From assembly GCA_029226975.1 (NCBI GenBank), contig JAQXZB010000032.1:24875-88874 (forward strand): a stretch of DNA of 64,000 bases, given 5' to 3'. Within the stretch, counting starts at the first letter, position 1. Every line of letters starts with the position of its first letter. The notes under the pieces were generated by a model. The model ran no database searches, had not been told where the DNA came from, and saw only the letters and a program-made list of their open reading frames with translations. A program made the position numbers and the translations under genes. This DNA comes from Clostridiales bacterium. GTDB lineage: Bacteria; Bacillota; Clostridia; UBA1381. Positions 48,151 to 58,176 of this stretch are shown piece by piece.

Positions 48151-49503
48151 TTGGAGCTTAAGCTGCCCGAACGTATAAACAGTATTTTAAGCCGGCTTGA
48201 AGAAGGCGGCTTTGTTGCGTATGCGGCAGGAGGTGCCGTAAGAGATATGCTTATGGGGCGAGAGCCCCATGATTACGATATAGCTACATCAGCGCGCCCG
48301 GAGGATATAAAGCGTATTTTCAAGCGCACCATTGATACCGGCATAGCCCACGGAACAGTGACTGTTGTGGAAAATAATATCGGCTATGAGGTTACCACCT
48401 TTCGACGTGACGGCGAATATTTTGACGGAAGGCATCCGTCAAGCGTTGTGTTTGTGGATGACATAAAAGAAGATTGTATGCGCCGCGATTTTACCATAAA
48501 TGCCATGATGTACAGTCCCAAGCGCGGGCTTGTTGACTTCTTCGGCGGCAGACAGGATATAGAGCAAGGAATAATACGCTGCGTCGGAGATGGGCAAAAG
48601 CGTTTTTCAGAGGACGCTTTAAGAATGTTAAGAGCCGTAAGATTCAGTGCAACACTGAATTTTGAAATAGAAGCTTCTACAGCCGCAGCCATAAAGAAAT
48701 GCTCAAATCTGCGCCGGCGTATAAGCAATGAACGCATACTGTCGGAGCTTAACAAGCTGCTTATATCCGACAATCCCGATTATATAAGAAAGCTGCACGA
48801 GTTGGGACTTTTGGTGCATATTATCCCCAAGCTTGATATGTGCTTCGGTGCCGAGCAGCGCAACAAGTATCATATATATGATGTGGGCGAGCATATAATG
48901 CATACCTTGAAGAATGCAAGACCCGACTTGATTTTAAGATGGGCTGCTCTTTTGCATGATATAGGGAAACCGGATACCGCAAGCGTCGATTCCGGAGGCG
49001 TTATCCACTTTTACGGGCATCACCGCGTAAGCCGAGCAATTGCTGACGATACCCTGCACAAGCTTAGAATGGATAAGGAGTCAATAAGAAAAATTCTGGT
49101 ACTTATTGAAAATCATGATGTAAGAGTAGATCAGGCTCCCCCGGCAGTCAAGCGAATGATGGCAAAAACCGGAGATGAGCTGTTTTCAATGCTTCTTGAG
49201 CTTCAGCTGGCAGATAACGCAGCGAAAAACCCGGAGTATTTTGAAGATAAAAAGCTGCGTATTGAGGGAGTCAGGCGCACCTTTAATGAGATTGTCACCT
49301 CGCGTCAGCCCTACAGGATAAGCGATTTGGTTGTAAACGGACGCGATTTAATAAAGCTCGGCTATAAGCAGGGCAGAATAATTTCGGATATATTAAAGGC
49401 TTTGCTTAATGAAGTTATAATCGATCCGAAGCTTAATACCCGCGAATATCTCCTACAGCGCGCAAAAGAGCTGCGCGCTTATCAAAAAAACGGTCATTTT
49501 TGA
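48151..49503 (+). CDS. cca: CCA-adding tRNA nucleotidyltransferase with an HD domain
   Basis: AYAAGGAVRDMLMGREPHDYDIAT, RRDFTINAM and LLHDIGKP. TTG start with SD AAGGTGGTG. Confidence 0.85.
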   Translation: MELKLPERINSILSRLEEGGFVAYAAGGAVRDMLMGREPHDYDIATSARPEDIKRIFKRTIDTGIAHGTVTVVENNIGYEVTTFRRDGEYFDGRHPSSVVFVDDIKEDCMRRDFTINAMMYSPKRGLVDFFGGRQDIEQGIIRCVGDGQKRFSEDALRMLRAVRFSATLNFEIEASTAAAIKKCSNLRRRISNERILSELNKLLISDNPDYIRKLHELGLLVHIIPKLDMCFGAEQRNKYHIYDVGEHIMHTLKNARPDLILRWAALLHDIGKPDTASVDSGGVIHFYGHHRVSRAIADDTLHKLRMDKESIRKILVLIENHDVRVDQAPPAVKRMMAKTGDELFSMLLELQLADNAAKNPEYFEDKKLRIEGVRRTFNEIVTSRQPYRISDLVVNGRDLIKLGYKQGRIISDILKALLNEVIIDPKLNTREYLLQRAKELRAYQKNGHF

Positions 49504-49612
49504 AAAAAATGGCTGTTTTTTTGTTCGACTGCCGCGGACATACTCCGTATATCCGCAGTATTATTTGTGCATACTATACAAAAAAAATATTAAAATATGT
49601 GAAGTTGGCTGA

Positions 49613-49641
49613 TTGACATTGACCGTTTTTGACTGTATAAT
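49613..49641 (+). promoter_or_regulatory. Consensus sigma-A promoter of the fru operon, flanked by a GATTGA/TCAATC inverted repeat
   Basis: TTGACA at 49613-18, 17-nt spacer, TATAAT at 49636-41. GATTGA at 49611-16 and TCAATC at 49652-57 bracket it and are a possible DeoR/FruR operator. Confidence 0.5.
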
Positions 49642-49693
49642 GTAATTGTAATCAATCAAAAACAATCATTTTCTTTCAAAAGGAGGCAATGAA

Positions 49694-50434
49694 GTGTTAA
49701 CTAAGGAAAGATATGAAGAGATTTTAAAGATTGTCAACAGCAGCGGAAGCGTTACCAATCAGGATTTGGTATCTGTGCTGGGGGTTTCGGAATCCACAAT
49801 TCGCCGGGACATTACCCTGCTCGCTAAAAAGCAGCAGCTTATACGGGTGCACGGCGGCGCTCTGTCCCTTAAGCACAATTTAAACTCTCAGGATTACGAG
49901 GTTGAAAAGCGCAGGACCATAAGCTCAAATCAAAAGCAGCGTATAGGCAGCTGCGGTGCTTCGTTAATTGAGGACGGGGATTTGGTATATGTGGACGCCG
50001 GGACTACAACGGAATTTCTTGTAAAGAGTATTCCGCCCGGACTTGACGCCGTATTTGTCACCAATGCGGTTTCTCACGCGATTTTATTGGGTAAAAAGGG
50101 CTACACCGCCTATATCCCAAGCGGTAGGCTTAAAGCCGTAACGGAGGCAATCGTGGGAAGCGGAACGATTATGTCCCTAAGAATGTATAATTTCAGCAAA
50201 GGCTTTTTCGGAGCAAACGGCATAAGTATAACAAATGGTATTACAACGCCGGATGCCGATGAGGCGGCAATAAAGGAATATGCCCTCTCCCGCTGTCGCG
50301 AACGATACATTTTGGCAGATTCGGACAAATTTGACCGGGTGTCTTCAATCACCTTTGCAAGTCTTGAGGACGCTGTTGTGATAACCGAGGACATTCCCGA
50401 TGACTATAAAGAATATGATATAATAAAAGCATAG
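49694..50434 (+). CDS. fruR: DeoR-family transcriptional repressor of the fructose operon
   Basis: ERYEEILKIVNSSGSVTNQDLVSVLGVSESTIRRDITLL plus a DeoR C-terminal sensor domain. GTG start 7 nt after AGGAGG. Confidence 0.85.
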   Translation: MLTKERYEEILKIVNSSGSVTNQDLVSVLGVSESTIRRDITLLAKKQQLIRVHGGALSLKHNLNSQDYEVEKRRTISSNQKQRIGSCGASLIEDGDLVYVDAGTTTEFLVKSIPPGLDAVFVTNAVSHAILLGKKGYTAYIPSGRLKAVTEAIVGSGTIMSLRMYNFSKGFFGANGISITNGITTPDADEAAIKEYALSRCRERYILADSDKFDRVSSITFASLEDAVVITEDIPDDYKEYDIIKA

Positions 50435-50447
50435 GAGGGAGAATACA

Positions 50448-51350
50448 ATGATTTACACTCTTACATTTAATCCGGCACTGGATTATATAATACGCGTTCC
50501 CGAATACTTAGAGGGCGCGGTAAACAGAACCGGTGAGGAAAAAATTCTTGCCGGCGGCAAGGGCATAAATGTTTCTACGGTCCTGAAAAATTTAGGCTTT
50601 GAAAATACCGCTCTTGGCTTCATTGCGGGTTTTACCGGGAAGGTTATAAAGGACATGGTTGACGGACTGGGCGTTAAAAGCAGCTTTATAGACCTTGACG
50701 AGGGCTTTTCAAGGATAAATGTAAAAATAAAAGCTGATAAGGAAACGGAAATTAACGGTCAGGGACCGAATATAGACCATAATGCAATAAATAAGCTTTA
50801 CAGACAGCTTGATGAGTTACAAGACGGTGATATGCTTGTACTGGCAGGCTCAATCCCCAACACTCTCCCCGACTCCATTTACTGCGATATTTTGGAGCAT
50901 TTAAAGGATCGCAGACTGGATATTATAGTGGACGCTACGGGAGAACTGCTTACCAATGTTTTAAGCTTTTCGCCGTTTATGATAAAGCCCAACAATTATG
51001 AGCTTGGCGAAATCTTCGGAAAAACCCTCAAAAGCGACGAGGATATTGCCGAATGTGCAAAAGCGCTGCAAAAGCGCGGAGCAAGAAACGTTCTTGTATC
51101 CATGGGTGGGGACGGCGCACTGCTTGCCGCTGAGGACGGCAGAATTCTAAGATGCCCCGCACCCAAGGGAAAGGTTGTAAATACAACAGGTTCCGGAGAT
51201 TCAATGGTTGCCGGATTTATTGCCGGATACCTTGAAACGAAGGATTATGAATATGCCCTAAAGCTGGGACTTTGCGCAGGCAGCGCCAGCGCATTTTCCG
51301 CTAATCTTGCAACGGGCGATGAAATACGAAAAGTTTTTAAAGCTTTATAA
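50448..51350 (+). CDS. fruK: 1-phosphofructokinase
   Basis: MIYTLTFNPALDY, GGKGINVS and the PfkB motif TTGSGDSMVAGFIAG. Confidence 0.9.
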   Translation: MIYTLTFNPALDYIIRVPEYLEGAVNRTGEEKILAGGKGINVSTVLKNLGFENTALGFIAGFTGKVIKDMVDGLGVKSSFIDLDEGFSRINVKIKADKETEINGQGPNIDHNAINKLYRQLDELQDGDMLVLAGSIPNTLPDSIYCDILEHLKDRRLDIIVDATGELLTNVLSFSPFMIKPNNYELGEIFGKTLKSDEDIAECAKALQKRGARNVLVSMGGDGALLAAEDGRILRCPAPKGKVVNTTGSGDSMVAGFIAGYLETKDYEYALKLGLCAGSASAFSANLATGDEIRKVFKAL

Positions 51351-51371
51351 TAAAGAAAGAGAGGTTATATT

Positions 51372-53351
51372 ATGCGTATCACAGATTTACTCGACAGAAG
51401 AAGCATTGAGCTTAATGCTTCTCCCAAATCCAAGAACGAAGCTATAAGAGCGTTGGGAGATCTTATGGCGAAAAGCGGAAAAATCACAGACAAAGACTCC
51501 TACATAAAAGGACTGTTTGCCCGTGAGGAGGAAAGTACAACGGCGGTCGGCGAGGGCATTGCTATCCCCCATTACAAGGGCAGTGCGGTTTCGGCACCGG
51601 GACTTGCGGCAATGGTTATAAAAGATGGCGTGGACTTTGACAGCATAGACGGTCTGCCGGTAAAGCTTATATTCGCTATTGCCGCTCCCGATGTAAAGGA
51701 AAATGTGCATCTTGATGTTCTAAGCAAGCTTTCCGTGCTTATGATGGACGAAAACTTTACAACAAGACTTATAAATGCAAAAAATGCAGATGAATTTATT
51801 GAAATTATAAACGAAACGGAAACGCAAAAAGATGAGCCTCAAAGAGAGGAAATTATTTCAAAATCCGGCATAAAAATCGTTGCGGTAACCAGTTGTCCCA
51901 CAGGCATAGCTCATACCTATATGGCTGAAGAGGGCTTGTATAAAGCGGCACAAAAGGCAGGCTGCTCCATGAAGGTGGAAACAAGAGGCTCCGGCGGAGC
52001 AAAGAATGTTCTTACAAAAGAAGAAATCGAAGCGGCAGATTGTGTAATCATTGCGGCGGACGCTAAAGTACCCATGGAGCGTTTTAACGGCAAAAAGCTT
52101 CTCTCGGTCCCCGTATCGGACGGAATTTCAAAAGCTGATTTACTTATAGAAAAAGCAATTTCGGGCAAAATACCCGTATATCATGCAAAAGAAAACGGCG
52201 AGGAGGAAAACTCGGCGGATAATTCCTCTGTAGGTCAGAGAATATATAAGCATCTTATGAGCGGTGTTTCTCATATGCTGCCCTTTGTCATAGGCGGAGG
52301 AATACTTATCGCACTTGCATTTTTACTTGATAATTTCGAGTTGAATCCCGCAGGATTCGGAACTAACACTCCCCTTGCGGCATTCTTCAAAAAAATAGGT
52401 GAAACGGCGTTTGGGCTTATGCTGCCGGTGCTTGCGGGCTTTATAGCTTATTCCATCGCCGACCGACCCGGACTTGCTGTGGGCTTTGTCGGCGGAATGT
52501 TTGCCGCAAACGGTAATCCGGCACTGGAATTTACGGGCAATCATACAGGATTTGCGGGGTATTTGCAAAATACAGTATTCGGAGCGTCAGGCTCTACCGT
52601 TTCGGGATTTTTGGGTGCACTTGCGGCAGGCTTTGTTGCGGGATATATAATTCTTCTTTTAAAGAAGCTTTTCTCACATCTGCCCAAAAGCATGGACGGA
52701 ATAAAGCCGATTTTGCTCTATCCCCTGTGCGGAATATTCCTTATAGGTGCGTTGATGCTGTTTGTATTTAACCCGATAATCGGAGTTGTAAACAATGCTC
52801 TTGCGGCATTCCTTAACAGCATGGGCTCAAGCTCAAAAATTGTTTTGGGTATAATACTCGGAGCAATGATGGCAATAGATATGGGCGGCCCCATAAACAA
52901 AGCCGCATATGTTTTCGGTACGGCTTCCATTGCCACAGCGGCATCAAGCGGCGATCCCACCGGGTATATGATTATGGCGGCGGTTATGGCAGGCGGTATG
53001 GTTCCGCCGGTAGGTATTGCACTTGCAACAACCTTCTTTAAAAACAGATTTACCGCAGCTGAGCGGCGCACATCCATTACCAACTATATAATGGGCGCGT
53101 GCTTTATTACAGAGGGCGCAATCCCCTTTGCCGCTTCGGACCCGCTCCATGTAATTCCCGCAACAGCGGTAGGCTCGGGACTTGCAGGCGCACTGTCGAT
53201 GTTGTTTGGCTGTACGCTCATGGCTCCCCACGGCGGACTGTTCGTCTTTGCCGTTGTGGGAAACTGGCCGATGTATATTGTTGCATGGCTTGCAGGCTCG
53301 GTAGTTACAATGTTACTTTTGGCTCTTTTAAAGAAGCCGTTAAATAAATAA
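51372..53351 (+). CDS. fruA: PTS fructose transporter subunit IIABC
   Basis: IIA GEGIAIPHYKG, IIB VAVTSCPTGIAHTYMA and a polytopic IIC domain. 659 aa. Confidence 0.92.
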   Translation: MRITDLLDRRSIELNASPKSKNEAIRALGDLMAKSGKITDKDSYIKGLFAREEESTTAVGEGIAIPHYKGSAVSAPGLAAMVIKDGVDFDSIDGLPVKLIFAIAAPDVKENVHLDVLSKLSVLMMDENFTTRLINAKNADEFIEIINETETQKDEPQREEIISKSGIKIVAVTSCPTGIAHTYMAEEGLYKAAQKAGCSMKVETRGSGGAKNVLTKEEIEAADCVIIAADAKVPMERFNGKKLLSVPVSDGISKADLLIEKAISGKIPVYHAKENGEEENSADNSSVGQRIYKHLMSGVSHMLPFVIGGGILIALAFLLDNFELNPAGFGTNTPLAAFFKKIGETAFGLMLPVLAGFIAYSIADRPGLAVGFVGGMFAANGNPALEFTGNHTGFAGYLQNTVFGASGSTVSGFLGALAAGFVAGYIILLLKKLFSHLPKSMDGIKPILLYPLCGIFLIGALMLFVFNPIIGVVNNALAAFLNSMGSSSKIVLGIILGAMMAIDMGGPINKAAYVFGTASIATAASSGDPTGYMIMAAVMAGGMVPPVGIALATTFFKNRFTAAERRTSITNYIMGACFITEGAIPFAASDPLHVIPATAVGSGLAGALSMLFGCTLMAPHGGLFVFAVVGNWPMYIVAWLAGSVVTMLLLALLKKPLNK

Positions 53352-53374
53352 AAATTTTCAAGGAGGAAATAACA

Positions 53375-53632
53375 ATGAAAGAATTTCAGTACACAATAAC
53401 AGATCAGCAGGGTATCCACGCAAGACCGGCAGGTATGCTGGTTAAGGAAGCTGCAAAGTATCAGTCATCAATTACAATAGAAAAGGACGGAAAAACCGGT
53501 GACGCAAAGAGAATTTTTGCCGTAATGGCTCTGGGTGCAAAATGCGGAAATACCATTACCGTAAAAGTTGACGGTGCGGATGAAGCAGAAGCGGCTGCGG
53601 CAATAGAAAGCTTTTTAAAGGCAAATCTGTAA
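53375..53632 (+). CDS. ptsH: HPr-type phosphocarrier protein with His15 present and Ser46 replaced by Arg
   Basis: QGIHARPAGMLVKEA (His15). The region that aligns with B. subtilis NLKSIMGVMSLG reads DAKRIFAVMALG. Confidence 0.88.
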   Translation: MKEFQYTITDQQGIHARPAGMLVKEAAKYQSSITIEKDGKTGDAKRIFAVMALGAKCGNTITVKVDGADEAEAAAAIESFLKANL

Positions 53633-53668
53633 TACGCACAGATAAATTCCGAAAGGAGGGATAAAACC

Positions 53669-55330
53669 ATGCATACAATAAAAGGTCAGGGTGTTTGCGG
53701 GGGCGTTGCCTTCGGCAGACTGGAGCTTTTAAAAAAAGCTTCAAAGCTGATACAGCGCTCCCATGTGGAGGACACCGACAAGGAATGGGAACGCTTTGAA
53801 AATGCCCGCGCAAAGGCTTCGGCTCAGCTTAAGGAGCTATACGAAAAGGCATTAAATGAAGTTGGCGAGGAAAATGCCATGATTTTCGATATTCATCAGA
53901 TGATGCTTGAAGATCAGGATTATCTCGATTCCGTAAAGGCAAATATTTGGGAGCAGAAGCTTAATGCGGAAAGTGCAGTGGGCATAACCGCCGATAACTT
54001 TGCCGATATGTTCGCTTCCATGGACGACAGCTATATGCAGGCTCGTGCCGCGGATGTGAGGGATATATCAGAGCGTATCATATCCATTCTCACGGACTCC
54101 TCGAATACGGGCATAAAATCCGACACTCCGGTAATAGTGGGCGCCGAGGATCTTGCCCCATCCGAAACGGTACAGCTTGACAAATCCAAAATACTCGCTT
54201 TCGTAACCGAGAAAGGCAGTTCAAACTCACATACATCAATTCTTGCACGAACCATGAATATTCCTGCCGTAATCGGAGCCGATGGGATTATGGACGATAA
54301 AAATGGCGGTGCGGATATTATAGTGGACGGCTTTACAGGGTATATATATGTAAATCCGGATATGCAGACGGTATTGGAAATGCAGAAGAAAAAGGATAAA
54401 TCAGAGGCTCAAAAGGCTTTGCTTGCAAAGCTTAGGGGTGTTAAGCCTGTTACCAAGGACGGACAGCAGATTTTGCTTTACGCGAATATCGGCTCCAATG
54501 AGGATATGCCGGCAGTTTATGCAAATGATGCCATGGGTGTGGGACTTTTCAGAAGCGAATTTATTTATCTGGAAAGCAAAACTTATCCCACAGAGGATGA
54601 ACAGTTTGCCATTTACAAAAGCGCCGCCCAAAAGGCACTGGGAAAAAGAGTGATAATCAGAACCCTTGATATAGGCGCAGATAAGCAGGTGGACTATTTT
54701 GAAATGCCAAAGGAAGAAAATCCTGCCATGGGAGTCCGCGCAATACGCATATGTCTTACCAGACCCGAGATTTTCAAAACGCAGCTTCGTGCACTTTACC
54801 GCGCCTCGGCTTTCGGCAAGATTGCAATTATGTTTCCGATGATAACCTCGGTAAGCGAGGTCAGAAAAATTAAGGAAATATGCGCAGAGGTCAGAAAAGA
54901 GCTTGAAGCGGAGGGTATTCCCTTTAATAAAAATACCGAGCTGGGAATCATGGTGGAAACTCCTGCAGCAGCCGTTATCAGCGACAAGCTTGCCGAGGAG
55001 GTTGATTTCTTCTCAATAGGCACAAACGACCTTACCCAGTACACCCTTGCGGTTGACCGTCAAAACGCTGCCGCAGACGCTTTCTGCGACACCCATCACC
55101 CTGCTGTGCTCAGACTTATAAAGACAGTAGTCGACAATTCGCACAAGCACGGTATCTGGACGGGTATATGCGGCGAGCTTGCCGGAGATATGAGCTTGAC
55201 AGAGTTGTTTTTGGCAATGGGAGTTGACGAGCTTTCCGTTTCGCCGGGACTTATACTCCCGTTAAAGCAAAAAGTTCTTGAAACGAATGTTTCCGAAATA
55301 AAAGAAAAGCTTCTTTCAGAGCTTGAGTAA
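53669..55330 (+). CDS. ptsI: Phosphoenolpyruvate-protein phosphotransferase (PTS enzyme I)
   Basis: GSSNSHTSILARTMNIPAV (active-site His), GLFRSEF and FFSIGTNDLTQYTLAVDR. Confidence 0.95.
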   Translation: MHTIKGQGVCGGVAFGRLELLKKASKLIQRSHVEDTDKEWERFENARAKASAQLKELYEKALNEVGEENAMIFDIHQMMLEDQDYLDSVKANIWEQKLNAESAVGITADNFADMFASMDDSYMQARAADVRDISERIISILTDSSNTGIKSDTPVIVGAEDLAPSETVQLDKSKILAFVTEKGSSNSHTSILARTMNIPAVIGADGIMDDKNGGADIIVDGFTGYIYVNPDMQTVLEMQKKKDKSEAQKALLAKLRGVKPVTKDGQQILLYANIGSNEDMPAVYANDAMGVGLFRSEFIYLESKTYPTEDEQFAIYKSAAQKALGKRVIIRTLDIGADKQVDYFEMPKEENPAMGVRAIRICLTRPEIFKTQLRALYRASAFGKIAIMFPMITSVSEVRKIKEICAEVRKELEAEGIPFNKNTELGIMVETPAAAVISDKLAEEVDFFSIGTNDLTQYTLAVDRQNAAADAFCDTHHPAVLRLIKTVVDNSHKHGIWTGICGELAGDMSLTELFLAMGVDELSVSPGLILPLKQKVLETNVSEIKEKLLSELE

Positions 55331-55337
55331 TAATCAG

Positions 55338-55370
55338 CCTCAACGAACCGCTTCGGCGGTTTGTTGGGGC
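55338..55370. terminator. Hairpin between convergent ptsI and the AEC transporter gene
   Basis: CTCAACGAACCGC-ttcg-GCGGTTTGTTGGGG (imperfect stem). The T-tract is weak. Confidence 0.45.
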
Positions 55371-55372
55371 AT

Positions 55373-56323
55373 TTAAATTACATATCCCATATATCTTGCA
55401 ATGAATATCCAAAAGGTCAGCGTCAGAGCAGACAAAAGCGTAGTGGTAACAATTACGCTTGAGGTAAGAACATAATCATTATCCATATTTTTTGCCATTA
55501 TATACGATGACGGGGTTGTGGGAGAACCGAGCATAATTATAAGCGCCATAAGCGCTTGATCCCTATACCCGAAATATACGGCTATGGGCAGGAATATTCC
55601 CGGCAGTACCACAAGCTTTATAATCGACGCCGCAATTGTAGGCTTCAGCTTTTTTATTGCCTTTCTGCCCTCAAACGCCGCACCTATGGTAATAAGCGTA
55701 AGCGGTGAGGCAAGCGAGCCGATGCCGGATATTGTTTTTTCGATAATTTTAGGCAGATGCAGATTTATAAGCGCCGCAGCAACTCCCAAAACAATTGCTA
55801 TTATTATAGGATTTTTTATAATCTGTATAAGCGATTTCTTTATATTGTCTATTGCTTTGCCGTTTTCGGAGTCTGCCTCAAAGGTAAGAACTATTACCGC
55901 AAAAACATTATAAAGCGGTACACAGCCTATTATCATAACAGGCGCCATTCCCACCTCACCGTATATGTTGAGGATGAACGCCAGACCCAAAACCGCAACA
56001 CTGCTTCTGTAGCCCGCCTGAACAAATGCTCCTACCATGGATTTATCGCGGATAAAAAGCTTGGCTCCTATCCACAAACCGAAAAACATTACAGTTGTTA
56101 TACCGGCGCACAAAACAGCATATTTAAGGTCAAAGGTTTCACGGATGTTTGATGAAGCAAGGTCAATAAAAAGCATTGCAGGTAGCGTAACCTTGAAATT
56201 AAACTTATCTGCCGATTTTATAAATCCCTCGCCCAGCATTTTGCATCGTCGCAGAAAATACCCTACTACCATTATCAAAAATACCGGCATTGTGGCATTA
56301 AGACTGTATATAAGACTGTCCAA
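55373..56323 (-). CDS. AEC (auxin efflux carrier) family transporter
   Basis: 316 aa with about 10 TM segments. N-terminus MDSLIYSLNATMPVFLIMVVGYFLRR. TTG start with SD GGAGGTG 8 nt upstream. Confidence 0.8.
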   Translation of the reverse strand: MDSLIYSLNATMPVFLIMVVGYFLRRCKMLGEGFIKSADKFNFKVTLPAMLFIDLASSNIRETFDLKYAVLCAGITTVMFFGLWIGAKLFIRDKSMVGAFVQAGYRSSVAVLGLAFILNIYGEVGMAPVMIIGCVPLYNVFAVIVLTFEADSENGKAIDNIKKSLIQIIKNPIIIAIVLGVAAALINLHLPKIIEKTISGIGSLASPLTLITIGAAFEGRKAIKKLKPTIAASIIKLVVLPGIFLPIAVYFGYRDQALMALIIMLGSPTTPSSYIMAKNMDNDYVLTSSVIVTTTLLSALTLTFWIFIARYMGYVI

Positions 56324-56445
56324 TACTATTCACCTCCAGACCGTCGATAAATTGGTCAGACCGTGCGGGAGTTTAAATCAAAAGCAAAGATATGCTTTCT
56401 TATATTACCAAAGGCATTCCATCGAGGAACGCCTTTGGTATACAC

Positions 56446-56512
56446 TTTTCGCGAAAATAAACTCTACCGTACCAACGTACGCCTACGAGTTCATTTTCGC
56501 GAAATCTGACTC
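56446..56512 (-). promoter_or_regulatory. Two copies of a 19-nt unit GAGTnnnnTTTCGCGAAAA (core palindrome TTTCGCGAAA) spaced 48 nt apart in the AEC transporter upstream region
   Basis: Units at 56446-56464 and 56494-56512 (minus strand), 15 of 19 positions identical. A 10-bp perfect hairpin (56406-56440) follows. Confidence 0.35.
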
Positions 56513-56588
56513 AATTTCTCGCAGTCTGACAGCGCGCATACAAGTTTGTCTACACGCTGAGCCGCCCTATTCGGGCGGCTGTGTAATT

Positions 56589-58088
56589 TTATTTAACCGG
56601 TTCTTTTATTATTCCCTCGTGTTCTTGCTGAACTTCGGGATGTATGGAAAGCATCGGAGTTACGTCCAGCTTTCTCATGTACCTGTCAACATAATTCTTT
56701 GTACACTTAAATACCAAGGGTGACAGCACAAGTACGCCTATAAGGTTAGGAATCATCATCATACCGTTAAAGGTATCCGACAAATCCCATGCGAGATTTT
56801 CTCCCATAAGTGCTCCGCCCAAAACCGCTATAACGAATATAATTCTATACGGCAGAGTTGACCTTGTTCCGAACAGGAACTCACACGCCTTTGTTCCGTA
56901 ATGGCTCCAGCCAAGAACAGTTGAAAAGGCAAACAGCAAGAGTGCAAGAGCGACAAAGCCCGAGCCTACAACTCCGAAGGTGTTTGCAAATGCAGTGCCC
57001 ACAAGCGAGCCGGTATCTGCGGCTTCATTAACAAGCTTTCCGGTATCGAGATTTATCAGTCCCGATGAAAGCACCGAAAATGCAGTAAGTGTACAAACAA
57101 CAATCGTATCCGCAAAAACCTCGAATATTCCCCACATTCCCTGGCGAACAGGCTCTTTAACATTGGAGTTGGAATGAACCATAACCGAAGAACCCAGTCC
57201 GGCTTCGTTGGAGAACACTCCCCTCTTCATACCCATTTGTACTGCCATTTTAACGCCTGAGCCTACAATTCCGCCGGCTGCGGCCTCAAGTCCGAATGCA
57301 CCCTTAAAAATAGATCCGAATACAGCCGCGAATTTATCAATATGTAAAACGCATATAATAACTGTTCCGAGAAGATATATCAAAACCATGACAGGAACTA
57401 TTTTCTCCGTAACTGCCGCAATTCTCTTAAGTCCTCCCACAATAACCAATCCGGCAAAAATCATTACAACAATACCCGTTATCAGTTTAGGAATATTAAA
57501 CGCTGACTGCATATTTGTTGCAATGGTATTGACCTGGGTCATATTACCTATACCGAAGGACGCCAAAAGACAGAAGCATGAAAACAGTACAGCAAGTATA
57601 GCGCCTATGTGCTTGCAGCCGCGCTTTGCGCCCAAGCCGTCACGCAAATAGTACATTGCGCCGCCGCTCCATTCTCCCTTGTCATTCTTTTTTCTGAAAA
57701 GTATACCGAGCACATTTTCCGAATAGTTGGTCATCATTCCAAAGAAGGCTATAACCCACATCCAGAATACCGCGCCGGGTCCGCCTGTGGCAATAGCAGA
57801 GGCTACGCCCGCTATATTACCCGTTCCGACGGTTGCCGCCAGTGCCGTACACAGGCTTTGAAACTGCGATATGGACTTGTCCGCAGTGTGCTTTGTGACA
57901 TGTCTGTCTTTAAAAATTGCACCTATCGTATTCTTAAACCAATGACCGATGTGTGAAAGCTGAAAGAATTTTGTCAGACAGGTCATCAAAACCCCGACAA
58001 ACGCCAGCAGAATAAGGGCAGGCCATCCCCAAACAATATTGTTGACAAAGCTGTTGACAGCCGCAACTCCATCTAAAAATTTTTCCAT
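56589..58088 (-). CDS. Alanine/glycine:cation symporter (AGCS family)
   Basis: FVNNIVWGWPALILLAFVGVLMT, SQFQSLCTALAATVGTGNIAGVA and GVFSNEAGLGS. 499 aa. Confidence 0.9.
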   Translation of the reverse strand: MEKFLDGVAAVNSFVNNIVWGWPALILLAFVGVLMTCLTKFFQLSHIGHWFKNTIGAIFKDRHVTKHTADKSISQFQSLCTALAATVGTGNIAGVASAIATGGPGAVFWMWVIAFFGMMTNYSENVLGILFRKKNDKGEWSGGAMYYLRDGLGAKRGCKHIGAILAVLFSCFCLLASFGIGNMTQVNTIATNMQSAFNIPKLITGIVVMIFAGLVIVGGLKRIAAVTEKIVPVMVLIYLLGTVIICVLHIDKFAAVFGSIFKGAFGLEAAAGGIVGSGVKMAVQMGMKRGVFSNEAGLGSSVMVHSNSNVKEPVRQGMWGIFEVFADTIVVCTLTAFSVLSSGLINLDTGKLVNEAADTGSLVGTAFANTFGVVGSGFVALALLLFAFSTVLGWSHYGTKACEFLFGTRSTLPYRIIFVIAVLGGALMGENLAWDLSDTFNGMMMIPNLIGVLVLSPLVFKCTKNYVDRYMRKLDVTPMLSIHPEVQQEHEGIIKEPVK

Positions 58089-58176
58089 GCAAATAAACTC
58101 CTTTTCATTTTTATTTCATTAAGATATGAATTACAGAATTAAACAGATGAATATGCTTTATCAGACAAACTTAAAT

